Origin: Candidatus Aenigmatarchaeota archaeon | Lineage (GTDB): Archaea > Aenigmatarchaeota > Aenigmatarchaeia > QMZP01 > QMZT01 | Direction: 5' to 3' | Assembly (NCBI GenBank): GCA_026397315.1 | Contig: JAPLVC010000007.1 | Span: 45,450 to 109,449, forward strand | Length of the DNA: 64,000 bases | In this document: positions 27,543-38,945 of the stretch, piece after piece | Layout: each line of letters opens with the position of its first letter | Numbering within the stretch: position 1 is the stretch's first letter | Notes under the pieces: model-generated | What the model was told of the DNA's origin: nothing | Databases searched by the model: none | The model's input: the letters and a program-made list of their open reading frames with translations, nothing else | Program-made: the position numbers and the translations under genes

Positions 27543-28520
27543 TCAACATAACGTGCTCAGCGGACATGCCAGACATTTGTCCTTTGCCGTTTCCATTCTA
27601 GTCAAAAGCTCTTTCATACTCGTGCGCGGGTCGCCGATTTTTACAATGCCTTCACAACAGCTGAAAACGCCGTAAGGGTTCAGTGAGATGTAAGTCTTTA
27701 TGTCGCCGGGGCCGAATGGCACCAGCTTCTTCTCGTCTCTGAACCTTTTGCCGTATTTTGCCGCGACTATCCTCTTCATTTCTTCGCTGGGCAGCATCAG
27801 CGAGTCGTCTATCGTCCTGCGCGATATGGTCTTTGAAAGCGTCATGGCGCCTTTCATCTCCCTGTTTGAATACGGGAAGGTCAGATTTAGCCTTATCCTG
27901 CGGTCCACGTCTCTTTTCAGCTCGTCCTCGAAGTCAGCCAGCCTGTTCGCATTGCCTTTGGTCACTATCGTTCTGACCTTCACCCCTTCGCATCCGAGCT
28001 CGTATGCCCGCCTGCAGAACCCGACTGCTTTCTCATACGTACCTTTGCCCCTGTTCCATTCGTGGTGGTCTTTGGGGCCGTCTATGGAAACGTGGAACGT
28101 CACGTTGTTCAGCCTTTCGAACTCGTCCAGCCTGTCTATGGTCCCGTTGGTGACGATGAAGTGCTTCACTCCCCGGCCAACGACTCCCTTCATGAACCAA
28201 GCGCTCAGGCTGTTGATGACTTCCGGGAATTTGGCGTGCAGGAAGATCTCCCCGGTCCCGCACCAGAAAACGCCGAAACCGAGCCTTCTTTCCCTGCCGA
28301 ATCTCCCGACAAAATCGACAAGCGCATCTTTCGATATTTCCTTCCGCCCCTTGCCGTTAATGACGTTGGAATAGCACATCCTGCATTTCAGATTGCAGGC
28401 GGATATGGGCTCTACGTAGAGGCCGCGTCTCTCAATGACGACCCTTTTCTCCATGACATTAGTTGCCGTTCTGATTTTATAAAAATCCCCTTCCAGAAAG
28501 ATATATATAGGCCCGGGCAA
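27543..28520 (-). CDS. Radical SAM protein with C-terminal SPASM/twitch-like Cys cluster
   Basis: CNLKCRMCY (CxxxCxxC) near the N-terminus; C-terminal SCCEG...CLACPLSTLC; the true start is probably the internal MEKRVV. Confidence 0.7.
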   Translation of the reverse strand: MPGPIYIFLEGDFYKIRTATNVMEKRVVIERRGLYVEPISACNLKCRMCYSNVINGKGRKEISKDALVDFVGRFGRERRLGFGVFWCGTGEIFLHAKFPEVINSLSAWFMKGVVGRGVKHFIVTNGTIDRLDEFERLNNVTFHVSIDGPKDHHEWNRGKGTYEKAVGFCRRAYELGCEGVKVRTIVTKGNANRLADFEDELKRDVDRRIRLNLTFPYSNREMKGAMTLSKTISRRTIDDSLMLPSEEMKRIVAAKYGKRFRDEKKLVPFGPGDIKTYISLNPYGVFSCCEGIVKIGDPRTSMKELLTRMETAKDKCLACPLSTLC

Positions 28521-28538
28521 TTATATAACAGGATTTCT

Positions 28539-28865
28539 ATGAACAAGGAAACAATCGGTAGATATGCATTTATCATTGGATTAGTGATATCAGTGATAGC
28601 CGGTTTCGTAAGCCTTGGGACAACGGGCCTTGCAGCTCTTGTCGTTCTGGGACTCATAGTCGGGTTCCTTAACGTGACGGGCGAAGAGGTTCAGAAGTTC
28701 CTTTTAGGCACGGTTGCGCTTATGCTTGTGGGCCAGGGTCTTCATTCCGTGATGGCCACGGTTCCGCTGGTGCCGGATATACTTGCGGCATTCGTCTCAT
28801 TCGTGGCAGGCGCAGCACTGATAGTGGCACTCAAGGAAGTCTACACGATAACCAAATCCAAGTAA
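28539..28865 (+). CDS. Hypothetical small membrane protein (108 aa)
   Basis: Start set to the internal ATG after the convergent rSAM gene; 3 TM helices. Confidence 0.4.
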   Translation: MNKETIGRYAFIIGLVISVIAGFVSLGTTGLAALVVLGLIVGFLNVTGEEVQKFLLGTVALMLVGQGLHSVMATVPLVPDILAAFVSFVAGAALIVALKEVYTITKSK

Positions 28866-28954
28866 ATGCACAAGGGGAAAAACAAAACAATCAAACCCTT
28901 TCTTTTTTCTTTTATTTTATACCATCCAGGCGTCAGTTTGCCGTTTCTGTCCGT

Positions 28955-30385
28955 TTATCCGAAAAGGAAGAACTCGATTGCTAGCGTAACGCATGCAACG
29001 AGCAGGACTAGCGGCGTGACTATGAGGCCCAGTTTCGCGAAGCTGCGGTAGTTGATGTGCTGGTCCTTGTCCCTCAGTATCTTAATCCACATTATGCCTG
29101 CCAGGGCGCCGATGAGCGTGATGTTCGCGCCCAGATTGCTGCCGATTATGAGAGAGAATATCGAGGCGAGCTTCGTGCTGGCAGGCAGGGCGAACTGCGA
29201 ACTCTCGGTTATCTTGGTGAAAAGCACGGTCATGGGCTGGTTGTTGACAAGGTTCGCGGTGAACGCTGAAAGGAAGCCCATGGAGATGGTCGCGGCGAAT
29301 ACGTTGAAAGAAAGCGCGGTTATGAGCGTTGCGGCCGCGTCGGTCACGCCGGCGACCACGAGCGCCTCGACCATGATAAATGAGCAGAAGAGGAATGGGA
29401 TGATTTTCCACGGTATGTGGTCCGCTATGAAGTGCAGGCGGAACTCGTATATCTTCGTCGCCTGGCGGTGGACGTAATGCTTGAACACGCGGAAATACGT
29501 CAGGTGCTCCTTGGAATATTCATCGAAAGCTATGGCCGCGTCATAAGTGAACAGAGCGAGCGCGAAGAACAAAGCGACGACCCACATCTCCAGCCCGAGT
29601 AACGGCGACACGAAAAGCGTTGCTAGCGTAAGACAGAACGTGCCGAAAGTGACGTAGGCGCATCTCCTGTCCTTCAGGAAATGTTTCGGGTCTATGTCCT
29701 TCGGGATGACGAACCTTATGCTGACGCTTTTGCTGAAGACCAGGTACAGGAGAGCCAGGCACGTAAGGCCGGCAGCTATGGTTGGAAACAGCATCCATGC
29801 AGAGTATTCGATGATGCCGATGCCGCTCGCCGAGGCGGCTATGATGTTCGTGGGATTGCCCACGTAAAGGCACATGCTCCATATGTTCGCGGCGAAGAAC
29901 TCCGCCACGAGGTAAGGAAGCACCCGTATCTTCGCATGCTTTCCGAAGTAGAAGATTATCGGCGTGAGCGTGAGGATGACTATGTCATTTGATGTGAAAA
30001 GCGTGATGAAGCCGCTGAGGAAGTAAAAGTAAAAGAACAGCTTACGTCCGTCGCCTCCCGAGCGCAGCACTATCCTGAGCGCCAGGTATTCGAAGAAACC
30101 GGTGCTGTCGAGCGATATCGCTATGTAGGCGACTGCCATGAAGAGGACGATTATCGTGAACGGGCTGAAGCCCGGGCGGCCGACCAGCGACGAGAAAGCC
30201 TGGCCCGGCGTCAATACGCCTGCGATCAGTATTATGAGCACGCCGAGCACGCTGCCAAAAACGTAATCCAGCGTTATTTCTCTTCCGCCGAGAAACGGCA
30301 GGCCGGGAGGCAGACGGAATGATACTGGCCTGGCTATGAAGAAAATCGCGATGGCAAAAGCCAGCAGCACGAAAAGTAGGCTCAT
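28955..30385 (-). CDS. Anion permease of the ArsB/NhaD/citrate-transporter superfamily
   Basis: 476 aa polytopic; TSNDIV and GNPTN motifs. Confidence 0.6.
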   Translation of the reverse strand: MSLLFVLLAFAIAIFFIARPVSFRLPPGLPFLGGREITLDYVFGSVLGVLIILIAGVLTPGQAFSSLVGRPGFSPFTIIVLFMAVAYIAISLDSTGFFEYLALRIVLRSGGDGRKLFFYFYFLSGFITLFTSNDIVILTLTPIIFYFGKHAKIRVLPYLVAEFFAANIWSMCLYVGNPTNIIAASASGIGIIEYSAWMLFPTIAAGLTCLALLYLVFSKSVSIRFVIPKDIDPKHFLKDRRCAYVTFGTFCLTLATLFVSPLLGLEMWVVALFFALALFTYDAAIAFDEYSKEHLTYFRVFKHYVHRQATKIYEFRLHFIADHIPWKIIPFLFCSFIMVEALVVAGVTDAAATLITALSFNVFAATISMGFLSAFTANLVNNQPMTVLFTKITESSQFALPASTKLASIFSLIIGSNLGANITLIGALAGIMWIKILRDKDQHINYRSFAKLGLIVTPLVLLVACVTLAIEFFLFG

Positions 30386-30522
30386 GTATTAATTTTGCCG
30401 CCGGCCGATAAAAAGCCCGCCGCATATGACGCATCGAAAACTTTAAATTGCCCGGCCCGATAATTCTCTCAAGCAAATTAGACTTGAGACGATAGAATAA
30501 GTTTTATGCTTGGGGTAAACGC

Positions 30523-31971
30523 ATGGACAGGCTGAAAAAGAAAGTGGCGCTCACATTCGACGACGTCCTTTTAGTGCCCAGAAGGTCGGCTGTGCTACCT
30601 AAAGACGTGGACACTCGTACGAGACTCACGAAGCGCATAGGCCTGAACATACCCATCATGAGCGCCGCGATGGACACGGTGACGGAATCCCAGATGGCCA
30701 TCATGCTTGCCAAAGAGGGCGGCATGGGCATCATACATAAGAACATGTCTGTTGAGGAGCAGGCGTCCGAGGTCGAGCATGTCAAGAAGTTCGAGTCCGG
30801 CGTCATACGCAACCCCATCACGCTCAGACCCGAAGACACGATGGGCAAGGTCAGAGAGATGATAAACAAGACCGGCATCGGCAGCTTCGTCGTAGTGGAG
30901 AAGAACAAAGTGGTCGGCATCCTCACCAGCAGGGACATGTGGTTCAGGAACGACCCGAACGAGAAGGTGCGCGACGTAATGACGAAGAAGCCGATAACCA
31001 TACAAAAGCCGGATACGGATTACGCCATCATGATAATGAACCAGCACAAGATAGAGAAGCTTCCCATCGTTGATGCTGCCGGGCGGCTGAAAGGCCTGAT
31101 AACCATAGCCGACCTCAAGAAACGCGAGGAGTTTCCGCACTCTGCGAAAGATCGCGAGGGACGATTGATTGTGGGCGGCGCGATAGGACCTTTCGACATG
31201 AAGCGCGCGGAAGCGCTGGTGAACGCAGGCGTAGACTTGATAGCCGTCGATACGGCGCACGGCCACACGGAGAACGTCATAAAGACTGTCAGACAGCTGA
31301 AAAAGGCATATGATATTGACATTATAGCGGGCAACGTCGCCACAAGGGAAGGGACGCTTGACCTGATATCAGCCGGAGCCGACGCCATCAAGGTCGGCAT
31401 GGGACCCGGTTCGATATGCACGACCAGGATAATCGCGGGCATAGGCGTTCCGCAGATAACCGCGGTGCAGGAATGCGCCAAGGCTGCGGAAAGACACAAG
31501 ATTGCAGTCATAGCGGACGGCGGCATAAAGAACTCGGGCGATATTGCGAAAGCGATTGCAGCAGGCGCGCGCGTCATCATGATAGGCTCGCTTTTCGCCG
31601 GCACCGAGGAAGCGCCTGGCGAAGTCGTCTACCGCGGCGGCAGGAAATACAAGAAATACAGGGGCATGGGCTCCATCAATGCGATGAAGCTCGGCTCGAA
31701 AGACCGTTACGCGCAAGCCGACGCTAGCAAATTCGTGCCAGAAGGCGTGGAAGGCATGGTGCCTTACAGGGGGACTGTTTCTGAAATCGTCTTCCAGATG
31801 GTCGGTGGCCTGCGCTCTTCGATGGGCTACTGCGGATGCGCGAACATAGACGAGATGCGCAGGAAAGCGAGGTTCATAAGGATAACCAAAGAGGGCATCA
31901 AGGAGTCGCACCCGCACGACGTCATAATCACGGACGAGGCGCCGAACTACTGGAGCGGCCCCGAGGTCTGA
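30523..31971 (+). CDS. guaB: IMP dehydrogenase (with CBS pair)
   Basis: GPGSICTTR active-site loop, CBS domains, 482 aa. Confidence 0.9.
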   Translation: MDRLKKKVALTFDDVLLVPRRSAVLPKDVDTRTRLTKRIGLNIPIMSAAMDTVTESQMAIMLAKEGGMGIIHKNMSVEEQASEVEHVKKFESGVIRNPITLRPEDTMGKVREMINKTGIGSFVVVEKNKVVGILTSRDMWFRNDPNEKVRDVMTKKPITIQKPDTDYAIMIMNQHKIEKLPIVDAAGRLKGLITIADLKKREEFPHSAKDREGRLIVGGAIGPFDMKRAEALVNAGVDLIAVDTAHGHTENVIKTVRQLKKAYDIDIIAGNVATREGTLDLISAGADAIKVGMGPGSICTTRIIAGIGVPQITAVQECAKAAERHKIAVIADGGIKNSGDIAKAIAAGARVIMIGSLFAGTEEAPGEVVYRGGRKYKKYRGMGSINAMKLGSKDRYAQADASKFVPEGVEGMVPYRGTVSEIVFQMVGGLRSSMGYCGCANIDEMRRKARFIRITKEGIKESHPHDVIITDEAPNYWSGPEV

Positions 31972-32003
31972 TTGCTTTTATTGCCGGAAGGAAATGTATT
32001 AAT

Positions 32004-32816
32004 ATGACATCACCAAAGGAAACCTTTCTCGACGAGAAGATTCTGAAAATGCTCGCAGGCAGCGGCAGGCCAATGAAGGCCGCGCAGCTCATGCTCAAAG
32101 ACGGCGAAATAGACTGCATGCAGGACTACGCGAACACCGTCTCGATAAAGCGGCTTGGATACAACGACCACGGCCCGGTCCACATGAGAAAGGTCGTCAT
32201 AAACGCGCTGGCCATGCTGGACCTGCTCAACAAGGCGGGCATAAAGCTGAACAGCGAGAAGGAAGGCTCTGGCTCGTTCGAAGACAGCAAAATCGCAGTT
32301 ATGCTGGCATCGTTCCTGCACGACATAGGCATGTGCGTCGGGCGAGAAAAGCATGAAAACGTTTCCGCCATGTTCGCCCTTCCTGTCATTGACAAGCTTC
32401 TTTCGCAGGTATACAAGGATGACGTCGAGAAGCGCATCGCCGTCCGTTCGATGGTCATCGAGGGGATTCTCGGCCACATGGGCGGCCAGAGAATAGAGTC
32501 GCTCGAGGCTGGGGTGATTCTTATAGCGGATGGCTGCGACATGGAAAAGGGCCGCGCGCGCATCCCCATGAAAATCGGAGAGTCGAAAGAGGGCAAGATG
32601 GGCGACATCCACAAGTATTCTTCGTCATCGATAGAGAAAGTCACGATAGACAGGGGCGATAAACGCGCGATAAGGATAACGATCGAGATGGACTCGCCCG
32701 TTGGTTTCTTCCAAGTGGAAGAAGTTTTGCTGAAAAAGATAAACTCAAGTCCCGTGAAGCCGTACATCGAACTTTTTGCCGGCGTCACGGGCCAGAAGAT
32801 GAAGTGCTATCTCTAG
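32004..32816 (+). CDS. HD-domain phosphohydrolase
   Basis: H...HD motif (LASFLHDIGM); start set to the ATG after the guaB stop. Confidence 0.55.
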   Translation: MTSPKETFLDEKILKMLAGSGRPMKAAQLMLKDGEIDCMQDYANTVSIKRLGYNDHGPVHMRKVVINALAMLDLLNKAGIKLNSEKEGSGSFEDSKIAVMLASFLHDIGMCVGREKHENVSAMFALPVIDKLLSQVYKDDVEKRIAVRSMVIEGILGHMGGQRIESLEAGVILIADGCDMEKGRARIPMKIGESKEGKMGDIHKYSSSSIEKVTIDRGDKRAIRITIEMDSPVGFFQVEEVLLKKINSSPVKPYIELFAGVTGQKMKCYL

Positions 32817-32870
32817 CGATTGGCAGTTTAAACGGCTCTTTCAAGGTTATTAAACCTGTTTACAAACTAA

Positions 32871-34175
<1,305 letters not shown>

Positions 34176-34288
34176 AAAGTAGTTTTTGTTCTTTTCATTT
34201 CATTAAATCACGATACTATCGCAATATTATCCGGTGTATCCCGAATAAAATCTGAGTGTATTAAATAGGATGCTGACAATATTTAATC

Positions 34289-34594
34289 ATGAAAATGTTC
34301 GTTTCGATATTTTTTGCTATTTTTGTCATTTTGGTGGTGTCATCATCAGGATGCATTAATTCTGCGTATGAAGGTACATTACTGTATCAGAAAGCGGACG
34401 CCAACAAATGTGAAGCGTATTACATAGTAATCAAAGAAAAGCCATATGAGATAAACACAACTTTGGTTGGTGATTTGGATGATTATGTCAACAAGAGTGT
34501 TAGGATCAGGGGTGAATTGATTACTCGCACAGCGCTGAAAAAATGCTTATTTGAAACCACGATTAACGCAGCTGATATTCAGCTTATTGATTAA
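34289..34594 (+). CDS. Hypothetical small secreted/lipoprotein-like protein
   Basis: Signal-peptide-like N-terminus ending SSSGC; AT-rich. Confidence 0.35.
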   Translation: MKMFVSIFFAIFVILVVSSSGCINSAYEGTLLYQKADANKCEAYYIVIKEKPYEINTTLVGDLDDYVNKSVRIRGELITRTALKKCLFETTINAADIQLID

Positions 34595-34669
34595 ACAGAT
34601 TCTGGTTCATACTTATATTTCATCGGATATCAGGACTTCCTGCAAGGCAATGTTAAGTTCTGTTAAAAA

Positions 34670-36595
34670 TCATTTACTTTCTTTATGCTTGTTTATTGCT
34701 ATGCGCAACTCGCTCATTACGACCGTGGTGTCTATCTTGCCGCGGACCTGCTGCATGACCAGGCCGAGAAGAATCTTTTCCCCGCGCTCGTCGCCGATCA
34801 GCTCGCTGTTTTTGTCAAGCGTCTTGATGATAATGAGTTTCAGATCTTCGATAGTCAGTTCGATTATCTTCGTCTTGCGGATCGCCTGCTCTGCCGATAA
34901 TTCCGGCTCTTTCGCAATCGCTTTCAGCACGTCTGGAATCGCTTCCTTCGCCAGTTTGCCATCCTTCAACTTATTTAATATTTCCGAGAAATGGTGCTCT
35001 TCGAGCTTCTCGACAGCGACACCGCTTCTTTTTAGATACGGTAGTGTAGAAATCAAAATTGTAGAAACTATTTTTGGGTCATAACCATCATCTATAAGTT
35101 TCTCGAAAAGTTTATGCTTACCAGATTTTATAATTTGTTTTAATATCTCGTCGCTTATCTTTAGTTTTTTGACTGATGCACCATCTTTAATCTGTAGTTT
35201 TTCTGTTAGATTCAACGTTATCCTTTTGCCTTTATCCTCTAAAAGTTCCGGTAGATTTTTTCTTATCGCGGCCAGCCTGGCGTGCGTTATCCTTATGGGC
35301 GGCACGTCGGTTTCCGGGTAAAGTCTCGCCGCTCCGGGCAGCGGGCGCATGTATTCCGTCTCGCCTGTGTCGAGCGCTTTCCTCACTTCCGTCGGAACGC
35401 CGACAACGAGCTGGTTTATGCGCTCTGCGACAATAGCCATTGTCTTCTCGACTGCTTTTTCCTCACCAACCGCTATTATCAGAGTGTCTCCATGGCCGGC
35501 TTTCATTTCATGCCTCAGCTTCTCGAAATCCTTCGTTAGTTTATACTTCTCCAGCTCTTCGTCGCTGTGGATTATGCCTTTCATTTCCGATTTCGCCCTC
35601 ACGTAATTGGCTACTTCATTGCCCAGCGTGCGTGTAGGCGTAATCTGCCTTTTCAAATAACCAGCGAAATCAGGGACGAGTATCGCGTACGTGGTCTTGT
35701 CTTTCGTTATCTTGGACTCTGAATCCTTGAAAATATGGGATACATGAACGACTTTCGGCTTGACTGGTTTGAAGCCTGCCTTATGCAGATCCTTCTTTAT
35801 CTCAATCAGACTCGCCTGCCTGAGCGCCTCGTTCTCAACGAATTTAGGAATCATGCGCAGCTCCTGCGCGCCCTTTATCTCCACTCGCGCGCCGCCCTCT
35901 ATCGATACGTTTACGTCTTGGCGGATCGTGCCGAGGCCGCGCTTCACCTTTTCAGTCGAGCGGACTATCATGCCCAGCATCTCAGCGACCTCGCGCGCTT
36001 GTTCCGGCGTGCGTATGTCGGGCGACGTCCCAATCTCGACGAGCGGGATGCCAAGCCTGTCGAGGCCGTAGAACACGCGATTTCCATCGCGCCCCATTAT
36101 CTGGCAGCTTTCCTCCTCAAGGCAGATGTTCTCGATGCCCACTTCACCGAAGCTCGTCTTCATCTTGCCGCGGAGTCCGGCGACCGACGTCCGCTGGAAG
36201 CCGGAAGTGTTCGAACCGTCGAGGACCGTTTTTCTCATCACGTGTATTTCCTCAGGCACTTCGCATTTCAGCATCTCGGCCACGGTAAGGACGATATCTA
36301 ACGCTTCCGAATTCATGTTGCCCGGAGGCTCCTCGTCCAGCTCGATAAGGCAGGACTCTTCGGGATAAACCCGGTAGACGAATTCGACCCCTTTCGCGAC
36401 CTCTCCCAGCGCGGCGATGTCTATCTCGCCCGTTTCACCGGCGACGACGCGCAGCTTGCGCGCTACCTCCAGCGACGGCTTCGCTTCGGAGAAGCGCGAC
36501 CTGCACATGCAGAACAGCTTGTGTTGAGTCTCGAGCTGTTGGTGAATCTCGATGCCGCATTTCAGCCCGAGCTTTGAATAATCGAGTTCACTCAT
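34670..36595 (-). CDS. gatE: Glutamyl-tRNA(Gln) amidotransferase subunit E
   Basis: Archaeal GatE N-terminus (GLKCGIEIHQQL), 641 aa; overlaps gatD by 8 nt. Confidence 0.85.
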   Translation of the reverse strand: MSELDYSKLGLKCGIEIHQQLETQHKLFCMCRSRFSEAKPSLEVARKLRVVAGETGEIDIAALGEVAKGVEFVYRVYPEESCLIELDEEPPGNMNSEALDIVLTVAEMLKCEVPEEIHVMRKTVLDGSNTSGFQRTSVAGLRGKMKTSFGEVGIENICLEEESCQIMGRDGNRVFYGLDRLGIPLVEIGTSPDIRTPEQAREVAEMLGMIVRSTEKVKRGLGTIRQDVNVSIEGGARVEIKGAQELRMIPKFVENEALRQASLIEIKKDLHKAGFKPVKPKVVHVSHIFKDSESKITKDKTTYAILVPDFAGYLKRQITPTRTLGNEVANYVRAKSEMKGIIHSDEELEKYKLTKDFEKLRHEMKAGHGDTLIIAVGEEKAVEKTMAIVAERINQLVVGVPTEVRKALDTGETEYMRPLPGAARLYPETDVPPIRITHARLAAIRKNLPELLEDKGKRITLNLTEKLQIKDGASVKKLKISDEILKQIIKSGKHKLFEKLIDDGYDPKIVSTILISTLPYLKRSGVAVEKLEEHHFSEILNKLKDGKLAKEAIPDVLKAIAKEPELSAEQAIRKTKIIELTIEDLKLIIIKTLDKNSELIGDERGEKILLGLVMQQVRGKIDTTVVMSELRIAINKHKESK

Positions 36596-37964
36596 TCAAT
36601 CCCTCTGCAGAAAAAGCATCCGCCTGCGTGCGCGGTGTGATTTCACCCGCGTAGCTGGTAAGCATCATTTCCCTGATTTTCTCCATGCTCTTTGTTTTTC
36701 CCAGAACCCACATAAGCTTGACGTACGCCGTCTCGCTGGTCATGTCTTCACCGGGAATGGCTTTCGCTTCTGTGAACAATTTGCGCAGGTTCGTGTAAAC
36801 ATAAGGATTGACGCGACCGAATATCGTCTGGGACGTGATGACAAAAGGGATAGTCTCGGCATGCTTTCCTATGGCGAGCGTCCACGGCTTCTTAGCCACG
36901 TCCGTCGGCACGTGGCCCATGCCCGTCCCTTCGATCACGAAGCCCTTGACGCCGTTCTTGACGTGGAAATCGATTACTTTCGGGTCCGCGCCTGGATAGA
37001 CTTTCAGCAGCGCTACCTCGGGTTCGATCTTCGCATCCACTTCCACGTGTTTTTTGTCATCCCTCTTCCTGTAATTTTTGTTTAGTATCTCAACCCTGCC
37101 GCTGTGATAAATTTTAGCCAGCGCCGGCTCGTTTATGGGTCGGAAAGCGTCTCGCCTGGTCGTGTGCATCTTGCGCACCTTCGTGCCGCGGATGAAATGG
37201 CAGTAGTCGTCGCTCGTGCTGCCGTGCATGCAAGTCCCGACCTCGGCGATGTCCGACACGGCAACGTGGGCTGCGCAAATGAGATTCATGCCCGCGTCGC
37301 TGGAACCGCGGTCGCTTGACCTCTGCGCCCCGACGAGCACGACTGGTTTGTGCAGGTTCTGCAGGAAGAATGAAAGCGCGGCCGCAGTGTAGTGAAGCGT
37401 GTCGGTGCCGTGCGTGATTATCACGCCTTTTTTGCCCGCGTTCAGCTCTTTCGCCACTTCTCTCGCCAGGTGCTGCCAGTCCTCCGGGTCGAGGTCTTCG
37501 CTCATCTTCTTCATGGGCGAGAACATTTCGAGATTGACAATATGGGAAAGCTCCGGAATGTTGTGCAGCAGCTCCTTCGGGTTCTCGACGGCGTATACGC
37601 CGCCAGTCCTGTAGTCGACGCGCGAGGCAATCGTCCCTCCCGTCGAAATGAGAGCGACGTGCGGCTTGTTTGCATCGAAAGCGATCTCAAGCAGCTCTTT
37701 GCTAGTCCTGCCAAATTCGTACTTCGCTTCATCAGCGACGTCTTTTGGCTCCCTGATATGAGACCTGGATATATTTGCATCCGTTATGTCGATGCCTATG
37801 TTGTAGCCGCTGTCCAGTTTTACCAGAACCGTTTTCTCGTCGCCGTGAGACGTTTTCGGCATGAGCAGGCCCTCGTAGCTCTTGCTTCCCTTTTCCACGA
37901 GAATCCTGTCGCCGACGCTTATTTTGCCGTGGTCCAGAATTTTCTGTATTTCATGGGAATACAT
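36588..37964 (-). CDS. gatD: Glutamyl-tRNA(Gln) amidotransferase subunit D (asparaginase-like)
   Basis: Asparaginase-fold motifs (ISTGGTIAS, ITHGTDT); operon with gatE. Confidence 0.85.
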   Translation of the reverse strand: MYSHEIQKILDHGKISVGDRILVEKGSKSYEGLLMPKTSHGDEKTVLVKLDSGYNIGIDITDANISRSHIREPKDVADEAKYEFGRTSKELLEIAFDANKPHVALISTGGTIASRVDYRTGGVYAVENPKELLHNIPELSHIVNLEMFSPMKKMSEDLDPEDWQHLAREVAKELNAGKKGVIITHGTDTLHYTAAALSFFLQNLHKPVVLVGAQRSSDRGSSDAGMNLICAAHVAVSDIAEVGTCMHGSTSDDYCHFIRGTKVRKMHTTRRDAFRPINEPALAKIYHSGRVEILNKNYRKRDDKKHVEVDAKIEPEVALLKVYPGADPKVIDFHVKNGVKGFVIEGTGMGHVPTDVAKKPWTLAIGKHAETIPFVITSQTIFGRVNPYVYTNLRKLFTEAKAIPGEDMTSETAYVKLMWVLGKTKSMEKIREMMLTSYAGEITPRTQADAFSAEGLNE

Positions 37965-38010
37965 AATTAGATATTGCGCGCGCCGGATTAAAATATTATT
38001 TTATTTAAAA

Positions 38011-38886
38011 TCACAGAGGACGCGCCGCTTTTAGATCTCTATAATGGTTTACATAGCCTTCTCTGCCGCCTAAAGTGGAACGTTCTGCCGCTTGAATTGC
38101 CTCCCTGTATTTTCCCATATCAGATAGACAAAGTGAAAGACGATAAAACGCTGGCATGTTCAAATCATCCAATTCCGTTGCTTTTTTGAAAAACCTGGCG
38201 GCCGTTTTATAATTTTTTTTATTGTCCCAATAAACGCCTACTTTAAAATAGATGTTTGCCAGAAGCTGGTCGTTGCTCAGCGGCAAGTCAAAAATTCCAT
38301 TCGAAAGTTCTTTTTGCGTATATTCATTTACGTCTTTAGTTGGCGCACCAAAAAATCCGCCGTTTGATTGAAAATTAAATTGATTTCCGTCTTTGTCAAT
38401 ATATCTCACGTAAAAATGTGATTCACTTTTACCTCTACATCTGACACCATACAACCACATGCCTTCAATGTCGGCAAGATCGAGATAAAGATACGAAGAT
38501 GTATCGCAATCGAGAGCGTTTTTTTTAAACCCTTCGGAAAGCATAAGGATATCCGCATCATCCGGGTTGAAAACGAAATTGAATGGTTTATCTTTCAGTA
38601 TGTTGTATATGACGGGTAGGTTTTCTGGCCCTATATCCGGCTTGTATTTCTCATGAAAAACTTTTCTGAGCCTGTGCAGCTTTTCAACCGCTCCATGATA
38701 GTCAAAGTCATAATCTGTGCATGTTCGCTCAATGTAAAGCGTTTTCTCGCCAAAACCGTTTAAATTATTCAAGAAGGAGTCATTCATGACCGATGCCCTA
38801 TCGCCGCGTGTGCTGAGCATGTCAAATCCCAAAGCAGCTCCGCCCGCCAGCTTCAATGCGGTCCCTATGAAATTTCTCCTTTTCAT
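38011..38886 (-). CDS. TAT-signal secreted protein with C-terminal TPR-like region, paralog A
   Basis: Twin-arginine motif MKRRNFIGTALKLAGGAALG at the internal Met; shares the SEGF..LDCDTSS.LYLD.ADIE core and TPR-like tail with the adjacent paralog. Confidence 0.5.
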   Translation of the reverse strand: MKRRNFIGTALKLAGGAALGFDMLSTRGDRASVMNDSFLNNLNGFGEKTLYIERTCTDYDFDYHGAVEKLHRLRKVFHEKYKPDIGPENLPVIYNILKDKPFNFVFNPDDADILMLSEGFKKNALDCDTSSYLYLDLADIEGMWLYGVRCRGKSESHFYVRYIDKDGNQFNFQSNGGFFGAPTKDVNEYTQKELSNGIFDLPLSNDQLLANIYFKVGVYWDNKKNYKTAARFFKKATELDDLNMPAFYRLSLCLSDMGKYREAIQAAERSTLGGREGYVNHYRDLKAARPL

Positions 38887-38945
38887 CGAGAATACGATTG
38901 CGGCAAGTCTTTTAACCGGTGATTGTACTGTAAAAATTGCCTTAT
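38850..38945. repeat. Tandem duplication: 5' leader and signal-peptide region of paralog A is about 85% identical to 39815..39910 of paralog B
   Basis: gaaatttctccttttcatcgagaatacgattgcggcaagtcttttaac compared with gaaatttctcctattcatcgaaaatacggttgcggcaagttttttaac. Confidence 0.6.

Noticed and set aside
31836-32003. 5' extension of the HD-domain ORF overlapping the end of guaB
   Set aside because: The extension is an Arg/His-rich frame overlap of the guaB 3' end. The ATG at 32004 follows the guaB stop and begins the conserved region.
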